Shown here one piece after another: positions 54,775-64,000 of a stretch of DNA of 64,000 nt; position 1 is the first letter of the stretch; each line of letters starts with the position of its first letter. The stretch spans positions 28,035 to 92,034 of the forward strand of contig JBNKVZ010000001.1 of NCBI GenBank assembly GCA_050299455.1, read 5' to 3'. The position numbers and the translations under genes were made by a program. The notes beneath the pieces were generated by a model, which was not told where the DNA came from, ran no database searches, and worked only from the letters and a program-made list of their open reading frames with translations. Source of the DNA: Thalassospira sp. Its GTDB lineage: Bacteria > Pseudomonadota > Alphaproteobacteria > Rhodospirillales > Thalassospiraceae.

Positions 54775-54806
54775 AAAGCAAGATCTTAGGATCTTGCTTT
54801 TTTTTT
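54775..54806 (+). terminator. Intrinsic terminator whose strong U-tract faces the plus strand
   Basis: GCAAGATC ttag GATCTTGC (54778-54797) followed by nine T (54798-54806). On the minus strand the same stem is followed only by TTTAGAGC. Confidence 0.7.
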
Positions 54807-54857
54807 GCATTCGATCACGTCAAAACGCGCTATCTGACAGAAAACAGCCCGACAGAC

Positions 54858-55109
54858 TTATTTAAACGCATCGGCCGCCGGGCGAATATCAATCAATCCG
54901 CTGGTAATCACGAAATAGGCAATTGCCCATAAAATCGCTGAAATAAGAGACGTTGCGAGAATTTTCTTCCACATATGCGGATTTTGCGGTGCGCCGCTAT
55001 CATGGCCTTTTTCAACCATTTCCTGCTGCTTCACGCCAACCGGCAACACGGTAAACAATACCAGCCACCAAATGATCAAATAGGTCACAAAACCCGAAAA
55101 CAACGTCAT
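54858..55109 (-). CDS. DUF1467 family small membrane protein
   Basis: ATG 55109 (SD AGGA at 6 nt) gives MTLFSGFVTYLIIWWLVLFTVLPVG... with two TM segments. Its position between mce and proS is conserved in alphaproteobacteria. Confidence 0.7.
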   Translation of the reverse strand: MTLFSGFVTYLIIWWLVLFTVLPVGVKQQEMVEKGHDSGAPQNPHMWKKILATSLISAILWAIAYFVITSGLIDIRPAADAFK

Positions 55110-55198
55110 GACAGATCCTGCCTTAACCAAATCCGTTAGAGTACGGTCTTAAACCAGAACATCCATATGTCCTACAAACCGTACCGGAGGACATATCA

Positions 55199-55603
55199 TC
55201 AAACCTGCTCAAGCTCGATCAGGGTGCCATTAAAATCCTTGGGATGCAAAAACAGCACAGGTTTACCATGGGCACCGATTTTAGGGTCACCATTGCCCAA
55301 AATGCGCGCCCCCTCGCCGATCAGGCGGTCGCGGGCTGTAATGATGTCATCCACCTCGTAACAGACGTGATGAATGCCGCCTGATGTATTCTTTTCCAAA
55401 AAAGAGCGGATCGGCGAATTTTCACCCAGCGGATAAAGAAGCTCGATCTTGGTATTAGGCAGTTCAACAAACACCACCCGCACACCATGATCCGGTTCAT
55501 CCTGTGGCGCAGAAACGCTGGCGCCTAAAACATCACGATACAGACGAATCCCTTCATCCAGGTCCGGAACGGCAATCGCAACATGGTTTAGGCGACCAAT
55601 CAT
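55199..55603 (-). CDS. mce: Methylmalonyl-CoA epimerase (VOC family)
   Basis: 134 aa. Contains MIGRLNHVAIAVPDL, GGIHHVCYEV and LFLHPKDFNGTLIELEQ. Confidence 0.9.
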   Translation of the reverse strand: MIGRLNHVAIAVPDLDEGIRLYRDVLGASVSAPQDEPDHGVRVVFVELPNTKIELLYPLGENSPIRSFLEKNTSGGIHHVCYEVDDIITARDRLIGEGARILGNGDPKIGAHGKPVLFLHPKDFNGTLIELEQV

Positions 55604-55670
55604 GGCAAGCTCCTGTTTACATATTTCCTAGGGGGCGTTGCGATAAGCAAGTCCCCCAAATATACCTGCT

Positions 55671-57356
55671 TTATTCCTCTGTCACCCGCATCAAATGAAC
55701 TTCAATCAACGGGCGTTTACCCTGCTTTTGACGAATGGGGCGACGAACTGCCTGGCGAATAGCCAAAATAACGGCAGAATCATCAAGAACTTCATCATCA
55801 TCTAACTGATCAATCCGATTGCCAATTTCGGCGGCAAAACGGTCCAGCTGAATATCGTCATCTTCTTCATCAAACAGGCTTGGCGCGGTAATCATCGGAT
55901 CACCCACCATCTCACCGAACTGATTAAGAACAACCGTCACAAACATGACGCCATTCCACATGATCCGGTTACGATTACGGATGGTATTGGAATCCCGCTT
56001 GATCAGGCGCCCACCATCCAGACACAAAATACCGGTATCGACTTCTTCAATGACACTGGCATTGCCGGGCGACAGACGAATAACCGTACCATCGTGGGGA
56101 ACAACGGTTTCGGGCACCTGGCATTCGCGCGCAAGGCTAGCCTGTTCACGCAAATGTCGCGGTTCGCCGTGTACCGGCACCAGGATTTTGGGCCGGGTTA
56201 GCTGATACATGCGCGCCAAATCGGCCCGCCCGGGATGGCCGGAAACATGGATCGGCTCATCGCGCGCGGTAATGACATTAATGCCACGTTTGATCAGCGT
56301 GTTCTGAATATAGCCAATAGATTTTTCATTGCCGGGAATTTCGCGGGCAGAAAAAATCACCGTATCCCCTGCATCAAGTTCGATTGTCGGATGATCCCCG
56401 CGTGCGATCCGGGCCATCGCGGCACGCGGCTCGCCTTGTGACCCCGTGCAGATCAACAGCACCTGGTCCTTGGGCACTTCCATCGCATCATCATCGGACA
56501 AAAGGTTAGGATACCCGGTAAGATAGCCCACCTTCTTCGCAGCTTCGGTGACGCGCCGCATCGAGCGCCCGGCCAAAGCAACACAACGCCCCGTTTCATG
56601 TGCGGCTTCAATAATGGATTGAATGCGCGCCACATTGGTGGCAAAGCAGGCAACGGCGATCCGGCCACTGGGAATCTTGGCGAACAAATCAATCAGATTA
56701 CGCGCAACCTGCCCTTCCGAACCAGTTTCGCCATAGGAAAAAACATTGGTCGAATCACAAATCAGCGCATTAACGCCTTCGTCGCCCAATGCTTCAAGTT
56801 TGGCGACATCGGGTTCCGTCCCGATTTGCGGATCATGGTCGAACTTCCAGTCCCCGGTATGCACAACCAGCCCCTTTGGCGTTCTGATCGCCAGGGCATT
56901 GGGCTCCAGGATGGAATGGGTCATGGTGATCATTTCAATATCGAAATCACCAAGTTTAAAGCGCGCACCCAAGTCGATCTCGTGGATCGGCACCTGATCG
57001 GCAAAATCGGTCTCGGCAAGTTTGGCCCGCAAAAATTCAGCCGCAAATGGCGTGGCATAAATCGGGCATTTCAAGCGCGGCCACATATAGGGAATGGCCC
57101 CCAAATGATCTTCGTGGGCATGGGTTAATACCAATCCCAGAAGCTTGTCCTTGCGCGCCTCGATAAAGGATGGATCGGGCATGACAACATCAACACCGGG
57201 CAGCCCTTCCTCGCCAAAGGAAACCCCCATGTCGACCATCAGCCAGCGGTCATTATAGCCATAAAGATTTAGGTTCATCCCGATCTCGCCGGAACCACCC
57301 AGCGGGACAAACAGCAATTCGTCCTTTGGCAAAAACAAATCCACGAAACCTCTCAT
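55671..57356 (-). CDS. rnj: Ribonuclease J (metallo-beta-lactamase/beta-CASP)
   Basis: 561 aa. Contains the HxHxDH motif (THAHEDHLG), the beta-CASP region and HVSGHPGR. Confidence 0.92.
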   Translation of the reverse strand: MRGFVDLFLPKDELLFVPLGGSGEIGMNLNLYGYNDRWLMVDMGVSFGEEGLPGVDVVMPDPSFIEARKDKLLGLVLTHAHEDHLGAIPYMWPRLKCPIYATPFAAEFLRAKLAETDFADQVPIHEIDLGARFKLGDFDIEMITMTHSILEPNALAIRTPKGLVVHTGDWKFDHDPQIGTEPDVAKLEALGDEGVNALICDSTNVFSYGETGSEGQVARNLIDLFAKIPSGRIAVACFATNVARIQSIIEAAHETGRCVALAGRSMRRVTEAAKKVGYLTGYPNLLSDDDAMEVPKDQVLLICTGSQGEPRAAMARIARGDHPTIELDAGDTVIFSAREIPGNEKSIGYIQNTLIKRGINVITARDEPIHVSGHPGRADLARMYQLTRPKILVPVHGEPRHLREQASLARECQVPETVVPHDGTVIRLSPGNASVIEEVDTGILCLDGGRLIKRDSNTIRNRNRIMWNGVMFVTVVLNQFGEMVGDPMITAPSLFDEEDDDIQLDRFAAEIGNRIDQLDDDEVLDDSAVILAIRQAVRRPIRQKQGKRPLIEVHLMRVTEE

Positions 57357-57482
57357 TTGCGATCAAGCCGTTAACCGAGACCAAGCACAAAACACATACG
57401 GCCTATCAGGTAAAGCTTTTACGTTAATTGTCTAACTGTGTTGTTTTCCAAATCAAGCGAAGCACGCTTTAAAACATATCCC

Positions 57483-57500
57483 GATGTGCGACAGCACATC
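57483..57500 (-). other. Perfect 7-bp stem-loop downstream of birA
   Basis: GATGTGC gaca GCACATC lies about 60 nt after the birA stop in an AT-rich 200-bp spacer upstream of rnj. No adjacent U-tract. Confidence 0.35.
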
Positions 57501-57557
57501 ATCAAATAGGAATAAAGCACCGGATATATATTAAAATACCACTAGTAATCTGAAAAC

Positions 57558-58316
57558 TCAGCTTTTGAAAAACACTTCCCCGGCACTGATCCTGTGATCA
57601 ATCCCGGCATCGTCTTTTAGAATTAGTGAACCACTGTCATCAAGCCCGACAAAAGTCCCGGTTAATGTCTTTTCATTCAAACGCGCGACAAGAGGTTGAC
57701 CAAAACCATAAGCACGTTTCAGCCAGCCGTCGCGCACAGCCTCAAATCCTGTCTCTAACCAGGACGAATAAAGCGCATCAAAACGGGTAATATAGGCACT
57801 CACAAGATCCTCAATCCGGACCGGTGCCTGTAATTCATGAAGTGACGTTGAAGGACGTTCCACATCTTCGGGATGAAAAGCAATATTCACCCCGGTGCCG
57901 ATCACAAGATAATCGGTATCCCTGCCCTGCAAAGACGCACTTTCGAGCAAAATGCCGCACAATTTGCGCCCCTCAACCATCAGGTCATTGGGCCATTTGC
58001 ATGCCGGTTTCACCCGGCTGTCGGTAACGATCTCAATCGCCTCTGCCATTGCAAGGGCGGCAAGGAATGTCAGGCGGGCGGAGTCATAAAGGGGGCAATT
58101 GGGCCGCAGCAACAAGGATAAAAACAGATTACCAACCGTTGATTTCCATTCCCGCCCGCGGCGTCCGCGACCAGCCTTTTGCTGTGCAGCCAAAATAAGG
58201 GCGCCACCAAGGGCGCCCTTATCACCGAGGCGCTTGGCCTCGTCATTCGTACTGTCGATCACGTCGTGGAAATGTAAAACATATCCATCAGGAAGACGCA
58301 CGACAGGAACTGTCAT
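57558..58316 (-). CDS. birA: Biotin--[acetyl-CoA-carboxylase] ligase, class I (no N-terminal HTH)
   Basis: 252 aa from ATG 58316, one nt after the nuoN stop. Contains DSTNDEA and QKAGRGRRGREW. Confidence 0.9.
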   Translation of the reverse strand: MTVPVVRLPDGYVLHFHDVIDSTNDEAKRLGDKGALGGALILAAQQKAGRGRRGREWKSTVGNLFLSLLLRPNCPLYDSARLTFLAALAMAEAIEIVTDSRVKPACKWPNDLMVEGRKLCGILLESASLQGRDTDYLVIGTGVNIAFHPEDVERPSTSLHELQAPVRIEDLVSAYITRFDALYSSWLETGFEAVRDGWLKRAYGFGQPLVARLNEKTLTGTFVGLDDSGSLILKDDAGIDHRISAGEVFFKS

Positions 58317-58317
58317 A

Positions 58318-59757
58318 TCAATTTCCAAACAGGGCCGAAGCGGCGGCGGCTGCACTATCGGTCAGCGGGTTCGGGAAGAACGCGAAAACCAGAATAATGA
58401 TCGTGGCAAGCGCCATGATGACATTCAGTTCGGTACCGTTGCGATCAAAGCCTTCAACCGGCTCATCAAAATACATGACCTTGATAACGCGCAGATAGTA
58501 ATAGGCACTGACAACCGAGGTCACGAGGCCAATCACAGCCAGCGTTACCAGCCCGGAATCAACCGCAGCCTTAAAGACATAGAACTTACCGAAGAACCCG
58601 GCGAGCGGCGGAATACCAGCCATCGAGAACATCAGCAAAGCGGTAACCGCAGCCATCAACGGCTTGGTCCGCGACAGGCCGGACAGATCGGCGATTTCTT
58701 CAACCATCCGGTCATGGCGCCGCATCGACAGGATCACGGCAAAGGTACCGAGATTCATGACGAGGTAAATGCCAAGATAAACCAGAATAGCCTGAACACC
58801 TGCTTCCGTACCGGCAGCAAGCCCGACCAATGCGAAACCAACGTGACCAATCGAAGAATAAGCCATCAGACGTTTGATATTGCTCTGACGCAAGGCGGCA
58901 AAAGAGCCCCAGGCCATCGACAGGATCGAAATCAGAACAATGATCTGCTGCCAGTCGCTAACGACACCGGCAAACGGGCCCAAAGCAACGCGAACGAAAA
59001 GGGCCAAACCGGCAATTTTCGGCGCAACAGCAAAGAACGACGTCACCGGGGTCGGTGCACCTTCGTAAACGTCCGGCGTCCACATATGGAACGGGGCCGC
59101 CGACACCTTGAAGCACAGACCGGCAAAAATGAATGCCAGACCGACCAGCGTACCAACCGAAAGGCCACCATTGCTGACCTCATTGCCAATAACGGCAAAG
59201 TTGGTCGACCCGGTAAAGCCGTAAACCATCGACATACCATAAAGCAGCATGCCCGACGCAATCGACCCCAGAACGAAATATTTCAGGCCCGATTCCGTTG
59301 CACGCACGGTATCGCGACGGATGGCTGCCACAACGTACAGAGCCAAACTCTGCAGTTCCAGACCGACATAAAGCGACAACATGTCAGATGCCGAAACCAT
59401 CGCCATCATGCCAAGTGTTGCCAACATCAACAGGATCGGAAACTCGAACCGTGCCATGCGTTCACGTTCGGCAAATTTCATGGACATAACCACGCCAACA
59501 GCCGAACCAACCAGGATCAGAACCTTACAGAAACGCGCAAACGGATCCGCAATGAACTGGCCCGAGAATGCAGAACCACCCTCACCCGTGACCACAAGGA
59601 CCAGGGCAATGATCATTGCACCAACAGCGGCCCAGGAGACCGTCCGGAACGAACGGTCCTTGCCTGTAAAAACACCCAGCATCAGCAACGCAAGCGAAGC
59701 TACCGCCATGAAAATTTCGGGCAATGCCGCCCCGAGGTTGAGCATAGAATCTCCCAT
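58318..59757 (-). CDS. nuoN: NADH-quinone oxidoreductase subunit N
   Basis: Polytopic antiporter-like subunit. ATG 59757 has GAGGGG at a 7-nt spacing. ATG 59763 is an alternative start; the ORF-track start 59772 is a TTG. Confidence 0.94.
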   Translation of the reverse strand: MGDSMLNLGAALPEIFMAVASLALLMLGVFTGKDRSFRTVSWAAVGAMIIALVLVVTGEGGSAFSGQFIADPFARFCKVLILVGSAVGVVMSMKFAERERMARFEFPILLMLATLGMMAMVSASDMLSLYVGLELQSLALYVVAAIRRDTVRATESGLKYFVLGSIASGMLLYGMSMVYGFTGSTNFAVIGNEVSNGGLSVGTLVGLAFIFAGLCFKVSAAPFHMWTPDVYEGAPTPVTSFFAVAPKIAGLALFVRVALGPFAGVVSDWQQIIVLISILSMAWGSFAALRQSNIKRLMAYSSIGHVGFALVGLAAGTEAGVQAILVYLGIYLVMNLGTFAVILSMRRHDRMVEEIADLSGLSRTKPLMAAVTALLMFSMAGIPPLAGFFGKFYVFKAAVDSGLVTLAVIGLVTSVVSAYYYLRVIKVMYFDEPVEGFDRNGTELNVIMALATIIILVFAFFPNPLTDSAAAAASALFGN

Positions 59758-59768
59758 GTTCATTCCCC

Positions 59769-61286
59769 TCAATTCGCTGCAAGCTGCGCGGCATTTGCCG
59801 CAGCGGCCTGTGCCGTTTCAACTTGGTTGACCAAATGCAAAACCGATGCGTGCATGATATCGAGGAAAGAACTCGGATAGACACCCATCCACAGCACCAC
59901 CAAGATAAGCGGAACGAACAATGCCCATTCCCGCGGGCTCATATCGAGGATGTTTTTCAGGTTTTCCTTTGTCAGGGCCCCGAAAACAATCCGGCGATAG
60001 AGGTAAAGCGCATAAGACGCCCCAAGGATCAGACCGGTCGACGCAAAGAACGCAACCCAGGTATTGGCCTCAAAGGCCCCCAGCAACGTCATGATCTCGC
60101 CAACAAAACCACCCGTGCCCGGCAGGCCGACAGATGCCATTGTAAAGAACATGAACGTAATTGCGTAACCCGGCATACGGTGAACGAGACCACCATAAGC
60201 ATCGATTTCACGGGTGTGCATACGGTCGTAAACCACACCAACGCACAGGAACAAGGCACCGGAAACCACACCGTGGCTCAACATCTGGAAGATCGAACCT
60301 TCCAGGCCATGCTGATTAAAGGTGAAGGCACCAACCGTCACGATCCCCATATGAGCGATAGATGAATAAGCAATCAGCTTTTTCATATCTTCCTGGGCCA
60401 GCGCCACCAGCGACGTATAAATGATGGCAATGATCGAGAGCGTAAAGATCAGCGGTGCAAAGGTTTCGGATGCCAAAGGCAGCATCGGCAGTGAGAACCG
60501 CAGGAAGCCGTAGCCCCCGATTTTCAACAGCACACCAGCCAGGATAACCGAACCCGCCGTCGGTGCTTCCACGTGGGCATCGGGCAACTAGGTGTGGACC
60601 GGCCACATCGGCACCTTAACCGCGAAGGAAGCAAAGAAAGCAAGCCACATCCATAGCTGAGCCTGATAGCTGAAAGTATGCGTCATCAGGGTCGGAATGT
60701 CGCTGGTGCCGGCATCGAAATACATCGCCATCAGCGCGACCAGCATCAGAACAGAACCCAGCAGCGTATAAAGGAACAGCTTGAAAGCTGCATATACGCG
60801 GCGCGGCCCGCCCCAGACGCCGATGATGATGAACATCGGGATCAGCACACCTTCAAAGAAGATGTAGAACAGCATGGCATCAAGCGAGCTGAACATGCCG
60901 ACCATCATGGTTTCAAGAACCAGGAAGGCGATCATGTATTCCTTGACCCGTTTCTGCACAGCTTCCCAGGCGGAAAGAATGCAGATCGGTGTCAGGAACG
61001 TCGCAAGAATGACGAACAGCATCGAAATGCCATCCACACCCATGTGATAGGACACATTCAGCCCCGGCATCCACTCCGTCTTTTCGACGAACTGGAAGTC
61101 GGCAGTTGTTGTGTCAAAGTTGATCCACAGCATCAGAGATGCAAGGAAGGTAAAACCAGACGTCCACAGCGCGACCCAGCGCGAATTGCGGGCGACATTC
61201 GCTTCTTCACCAGGAATCAGGAGGATAAAGAACGCTCCCAATAGCGGTAAAAAAGTGATGATCGAAAGAATTGGCCAATCACTCAT
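59769..61286 (-). pseudogene. nuoM: NADH-quinone oxidoreductase subunit M interrupted by one in-frame TAG (60588-60590)
   Basis: Two abutting same-frame ORFs (232 aa and 272 aa) together form a complete NuoM. The junction reads [28 protein letters not shown], whereas the family consensus has W at the stop position. Confidence 0.9.
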
Positions 61287-61292
61287 CGCCCG

Positions 61293-63290
61293 TTAACCCA
61301 TCTTCCAGATTGTGTAAGACACCAAGGCTGCAATGCCGATCAGCATGGCAAACGCATAGTGGTAGACGAAGCCGCTCTGCAAGGCACTGACGCGCCGTGC
61401 AATATTGCGACATGCGGCAGCAACACCGTCCGGACCAACACCGTCGATCAGGGCACCATCGCCCGACTTCCAAAAACCACGGCCCAAAGCAAAGGCAGGC
61501 TTGACGAAGATCGCGTTATAGAGCTCGTCGAAATACCATTTGTTCAGCAAGAAGCGGTAGAGACCGTTGAAGGTATTTGCCAACATACGCGGCAGCGACG
61601 GCGCCAGACGATACATCAACACCGCCAAAGCCAGGCCAAGCATCATGGCAACAAACGGTGCCATTTTGACCCACTCGGGAACGTGGTGCGAATGTTCAAG
61701 CGCCTGATGGTTTTCAGCAACGAAGATGGCGCCATTCCAGAAGGACAGCATTTCTTCGTAATTGCCACCAAACCAGTTCACGGCAAACCAACCCGCAAAC
61801 ACTGCACCGACAGCCAGGATCAGCAACGGCACCGTCATGACAGCCGGGCTTTCATGAACATGCGCCATCGTGCGTTCATCGGCACGCGGAGCCCCAAAGA
61901 AGGTCATGAAAATCAGACGCCAGCTATAGAATGCCGTCATAAAGGCCGCAATCACGCCCATCCAGAAGGCATAGGTACCGACACCGGTATGTGCGGCAAA
62001 GGCGCTTTCGATGATCATGTCTTTGGAATAGTAGCCCGCAAAGCCCGGAACACCGGTAATTGCCAGGGTACCAATAATCATGACACCAAAGGTCAGCGGA
62101 ACCATCTTCCAGATACCGCCCATCTTGCGCATGTCCTGCTCTTCGTGCATGCCGTGGATCACCGAGCCGGAGCCGAGGAACAGCAACGCCTTGAAGAAAC
62201 CATGCGTCATCAGGTGGAACACGCCAGCACTGTAAGCGGAAACGCCACAGGCAAAGAACATGTAACCAAGCTGCGAACAGGTTGAATAAGCGATCACACG
62301 TTTGATGTCGTTCTGCACACAGCCGATGGTCGCAGCGAAGAACGCCGTGGTCGCACCAACAACCGTCACAATCGCCAGCGTTGTTTCGGCATATTCAAAA
62401 ATCGGCGAGAGACGCGCGACCATGAACACACCGGCCGTCACCATCGTTGCCGCGTGGATAAGGGCGGAAACCGGTGTCGGGCCTTCCATCGCATCAGGCA
62501 GCCAGGTATGCAGGCCCAACTGAGCCGATTTACCCATCGCACCAATGAACAGCAGGAAGGTTGCAATATTCAAAGCCGAGAAATCATGCCCGAGGAACAT
62601 CAGCGTCGAGCCGGAAACTTCTTCGGCATTGGCAAAAATGGTGTCGAACTGGACGGTGCCAAACAGAACATAAACGGCAAAGATACCCAGCGCGAAACCA
62701 AAGTCACCGACACGGTTGACGATAAAGGCCTTCATCGCAGCAGAACATGCCGACGGTTTGGAATACCAGAAACCGATCAGCAGGTAGGATGCAAGCCCCA
62801 CCCCTTCCCAGCCGAAGAACAGCTGGATCAGGTTGTCGGCAGTAACAAGCATCAGCATCGCGAAGGTAAACAGCGACAAATAAGCCATGAAGCGCGGCTT
62901 ATCAGGGTCATGCGACATATAGCCGATGGAATAAATATGCACCATCGACGAAACGCCGTTGACCACAATCAGCATGACGCAGGTCAGCGTATCAAACCGC
63001 AGCGACCAGTTTGCCGTGAAATCGCCGGAGCTGATCCAGGTAAACAGGTCAAGCGTTACCGGGTTTCCGTGAAGTGCGACATCAATAAATGCCACCACGG
63101 AAAGAGCCGCCGCAATAACCACGCCCGCAACCGTAACCAGCTGCGAAAGCCGGTCGGCAGTGGAAACCCCGTGATGATGATCATCATGATGCGCAGCCGG
63201 CGCATTGGCAGTCTTCATCGCCCCGATCAGGGTGATCAGACCGGCAATAATAGCCGCGATAAGGGGAAGAAAAACGATCAGAGCATACAT
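61293..63290 (-). CDS. nuoL: NADH-quinone oxidoreductase subunit L
   Basis: 665 aa antiporter-like subunit with the long C-terminal lateral-helix region. Contains [22 protein letters not shown]. Confidence 0.96.
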   Translation of the reverse strand: MYALIVFLPLIAAIIAGLITLIGAMKTANAPAAHHDDHHHGVSTADRLSQLVTVAGVVIAAALSVVAFIDVALHGNPVTLDLFTWISSGDFTANWSLRFDTLTCVMLIVVNGVSSMVHIYSIGYMSHDPDKPRFMAYLSLFTFAMLMLVTADNLIQLFFGWEGVGLASYLLIGFWYSKPSACSAAMKAFIVNRVGDFGFALGIFAVYVLFGTVQFDTIFANAEEVSGSTLMFLGHDFSALNIATFLLFIGAMGKSAQLGLHTWLPDAMEGPTPVSALIHAATMVTAGVFMVARLSPIFEYAETTLAIVTVVGATTAFFAATIGCVQNDIKRVIAYSTCSQLGYMFFACGVSAYSAGVFHLMTHGFFKALLFLGSGSVIHGMHEEQDMRKMGGIWKMVPLTFGVMIIGTLAITGVPGFAGYYSKDMIIESAFAAHTGVGTYAFWMGVIAAFMTAFYSWRLIFMTFFGAPRADERTMAHVHESPAVMTVPLLILAVGAVFAGWFAVNWFGGNYEEMLSFWNGAIFVAENHQALEHSHHVPEWVKMAPFVAMMLGLALAVLMYRLAPSLPRMLANTFNGLYRFLLNKWYFDELYNAIFVKPAFALGRGFWKSGDGALIDGVGPDGVAAACRNIARRVSALQSGFVYHYAFAMLIGIAALVSYTIWKMG

Positions 63291-63299
63291 ATCTGTGCC

Positions 63300-63608
63300 T
63301 TACCCCTTCATCATGTTGATGTCTTCAACCGCAATGGTGCCGCGGTTACGGAAATAAACCACCAGGATCGCAAGGCCGATCGCCGCCTCAGCAGCCGCAA
63401 CAGTCAGCACGAAAATGGTGAAAACCTGGCCAACCAAATCGCCAAGGAACGACGAAAAGGCGACAAAATTGATGTTGACTGCCAACAGCATCAGTTCGAT
63501 CGACATCATAATAATGATGACGTTCTTCCGGTTCATGAAGATACCGAAAATCCCAAGGGTAAACAGGATGGCGGCGACAGTCAGGTAATGAGCAAGTCCG
63601 ATTTCCAT
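63300..63608 (-). CDS. nuoK: NADH-quinone oxidoreductase subunit K
   Basis: 102 aa with three TM segments. Contains [22 protein letters not shown]. Confidence 0.96.
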   Translation of the reverse strand: MEIGLAHYLTVAAILFTLGIFGIFMNRKNVIIIMMSIELMLLAVNINFVAFSSFLGDLVGQVFTIFVLTVAAAEAAIGLAILVVYFRNRGTIAVEDINMMKG

Positions 63609-64000
63609 CAGATCCCCCTACCGACTGGTACTTTTTTGATTTCAAGGGTCTCGGCGCGCTGGCGCTGGACCTGCTGGGAAATATTCTGGCGACGTACACC
63701 TTCACGATGACGCAGGGTCAGGACGATTGCACCAATCATGGCGGTCAGCAACACCAACCCGGCTGCCTGGAAGATATAGGCATAGTCGGTGTAAAGAAGC
63801 ATGCCCAGAGCATTGATATTATGCACATTTGCCGGAACTGGCTGGGCAATTGCCGCCATTTTGGCATCGGTCATAACCCAACCGCCACCAACAAAGGCCA
63901 GTTCAACAAACAATACCGCAGCAACCAGAACACCAATCGGCAGATAGCTCAGGAAGCCTTCACGCATTTCGACAAAATTGATGTCGAGCATCATGACGAC
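63608..64000 (-). CDS. nuoJ: NADH-quinone oxidoreductase subunit J, 3' part (5' end outside the window)
   Basis: The C-terminal ~130 aa match NuoJ ([28 protein letters not shown]). The frame stays open to the window edge, and its stop overlaps the nuoK start. Confidence 0.92.
   Translation of the reverse strand, partial: VVMMLDINFVEMREGFLSYLPIGVLVAAVLFVELAFVGGGWVMTDAKMAAIAQPVPANVHNINALGMLLYTDYAYIFQAAGLVLLTAMIGAIVLTLRHREGVRRQNISQQVQRQRAETLEIKKVPVGRGI

Noticed and set aside
58099-59880. 593-codon plus-strand ORF antisense to nuoN (and 418-codon ORF 62454-63710 antisense to nuoL; 318-codon ORF 35750-36706 antisense to lpxD)
   Set aside because: All lie within strongly supported minus-strand genes. 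The translations are extremely basic and low-complexity (R, H, Q, N, T runs). They are shadow ORFs.

Overview
This 64-kb window looks like conserved chromosomal backbone of an alphaproteobacterium. The gene order and protein sequences resemble a Rhodospirillales or Thalassospira-like genome; that taxon call is inference only. I count about 59 protein genes, nearly all housekeeping. Order from left to right: a bactofilin / M23-peptidase pair, pgpA and a cinA-like gene, an SRPBCC gene, lipA, lpdA-pdhC-pdhB-pdhA, ftsB, eno, kdsA, pyrG, secG, tpiA, a ppiD-like gene, trpE, a yibQ-like gene, trpGDC, moaC, lexA, comEC, gltX, gltA, gloA. Then comes the classic block rpsB-tsf-pyrH-frr-uppS-cdsA-dxr-rseP-bamA-skp-lpxD-fabZ-lpxA-lpxI-lpxB on the minus strand. 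After it: dnaE, lolDC, proS, mce, rnj, birA and nuoNMLKJ. Several traits are alphaproteobacterial: a lipoyl domain on PdhB, lpxI between lpxA and lpxB, a GAAC-N7-GAAC LexA box, and nuoN-birA-rnj-mce-DUF1467-proS synteny. I found no rRNA or tRNA genes, CRISPR arrays, IS elements, integrases, prophage genes, or recognisable defence or toxin systems. I do not see a convincing multi-gene novel system here. The clearest anomaly is an in-frame TAG replacing the invariant Trp of the NuoM HTWLPDAH motif, which splits an otherwise perfectly conserved nuoM. Weaker leads are: an AT-rich 0.8-kb spacer between ftsB and pdhA carrying inverted repeats and a doubtful Cys-containing small ORF; a plus-strand intrinsic terminator with a Shine-Dalgarno (SD) plus 7-codon mini-ORF in a spacer flanked only by minus-strand genes; a CCTCCTCCC motif in the tpiA/ppiD divergent spacer; and a structured rpsB leader. 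Many ORF-track starts were trimmed to internal ATG, GTG or TTG starts using orthologue-like N termini and SD spacing. These starts are inferences.
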